DNA from: an uncultured Chloroflexia bacterium
GTDB taxonomy: Bacteria; Chloroflexota; Limnocylindria; Limnocylindrales; CSP1-4
Length of the DNA: 64,000 nucleotides
Assembly: GCA_963727055.1 (NCBI GenBank)
Contig: CAVSEN010000003.1
Coordinates: forward strand, 210,112 to 274,111
Direction: 5' to 3'
Shown here: one piece after another, positions 63,414-64,000 of the stretch
Numbering within the stretch: the first letter of the stretch is position 1
Layout: every line of letters begins with the position of its first letter
Program-made: the position numbers and the translations under genes
Notes under the pieces: model-generated
Database searches by the model: none
Told to the model about the DNA's origin: nothing
Seen by the model: only the letters and a program-made list of their open reading frames with translations

Positions 63414-64000
63414 GCTTCGGTGCCTCCGATCGTGGTTTCCCGGGTGAGGGCTCGGGCTGGTTCGGGCGCCGGCCGGCTAACGACGGCCGGGGCGTGGCTG
63501 GCGGTTCGGGCGCGCCGGACGACCCAGTAGCGGTAGGCGGCGGCGGCGACAACCGCGGCCCCGCTCGCGACGTAGACCGGCAGGAATGGCTGGCTGTCGG
63601 TGCCGGCCAGCATCCCGTGCGCCCAGGCGCCGATCAGGACGACGAGCGAGAAGCGGTGGATCTTGAGCCACCAGCCGGCCGGCAGCCGCTTGGGATAGCG
63701 CGCGGTCAGGCCGGTGATCAGGAGGGCGTACAGGGCGACGACGCCGACCGCGACCGGCACGCTGCGGTAGCTCGACAGGCCCGGCACGAACGCCCCACCG
63801 AGGCCGACGCCGGCGAACGGATCGAGGATCAGGAAGGTGACGTGGACGGCGAGGAACGCGACGATGAACACGAACAGGTTCTCGTGCCACGGGAAGAGGC
63901 GCTTCGAGAGCTTCCAGGTCGACTGGTTCGTGGGGTGGCTCAGGACGAGGCCGAGGACGACCTGGAGGGTCAGCAGGATGAGCGCCGTGATCCCGGTCGC
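63410..64000 (-). CDS. ferric-reductase-like/MsrQ-like transmembrane domain protein, 5' end outside the window
   Basis: The frame stays open to the window edge (..ITALILLTLQVVLGLVLSHP...WHENLFVFIVAFLAVHVTF..WLKIHRFSLVVLIGAWAHG). The conserved His-containing TM helices are typical of that family. Confidence 0.65.
   Translation of the reverse strand, partial: ATGITALILLTLQVVLGLVLSHPTNQSTWKLSKRLFPWHENLFVFIVAFLAVHVTFLILDPFAGVGLGGAFVPGLSSYRSVPVAVGVVALYALLITGLTARYPKRLPAGWWLKIHRFSLVVLIGAWAHGMLAGTDSQPFLPVYVASGAAVVAAAAYRYWVVRRARTASHAPAVVSRPAPEPARALTRETTIGGTEA

Noticed and set aside
1-64000. A prophage, IS element, integron or conjugative element.
   Set aside because: No integrase, transposase, terminase, capsid, relaxase or type IV secretion motifs were recognised in any frame. 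The only mobile-DNA hints are the Xis-like gene and the repeat family.

Overview
GC-rich bacterial chromosomal segment (about 70% GC by eye, not computed). Gene content and codon style look actinobacterium-like or Chloroflexota-like. All calls rest on motif recognition in the supplied ORF track and on reading the DNA; no similarity search was run.

Content:
- About 65 protein genes, mostly housekeeping or metabolic. These include an E2 fragment, lipA, add, several acyl-CoA dehydrogenases, a GMC oxidoreductase, trxA, ettA, folE, three DrrAB-like ABC exporter pairs, and a split B12-dependent acyl-CoA mutase with meaB, hbd, thiolase and aldehyde dehydrogenase genes.
- Three tRNA genes: Glu-CUC, Arg-UCU and Lys-CUU.
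- No transposase, integrase, CRISPR array or recognisable prophage.

Most interesting items:
1. A translationally coupled ApbE operon at the right edge. The expected FMN-binding-domain substrate is replaced by two paralogous coiled-coil proteins ending in H-x-T-T-G-A-S-G.
2. A dispersed family of roughly 190-bp elements bounded by inverted repeats (arm GCTCGCTGCATGAGCATTCC). It fills nearly every long intergenic spacer, and a perfect 32-bp tandem triplication lies nearby.
3. A luciferase-like oxidoreductase fused to a MenA-like prenyltransferase and coupled to a CPBP protease.
4. An ECF sigma factor coupled to an MGMT plus Ada-zinc-finger protein where an anti-sigma factor normally sits.
5. 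A MarR fused to a LiaF/DUF4097-like domain, divergent from two ABC exporter pairs.
6. A roughly 187-nt structured RNA candidate.

Caveat: at least eight genes show single-site reading-frame breaks, and tRNA-Lys is one C short in a C-run. This suggests an indel-prone assembly or real gene decay, and it weakens any fusion call.
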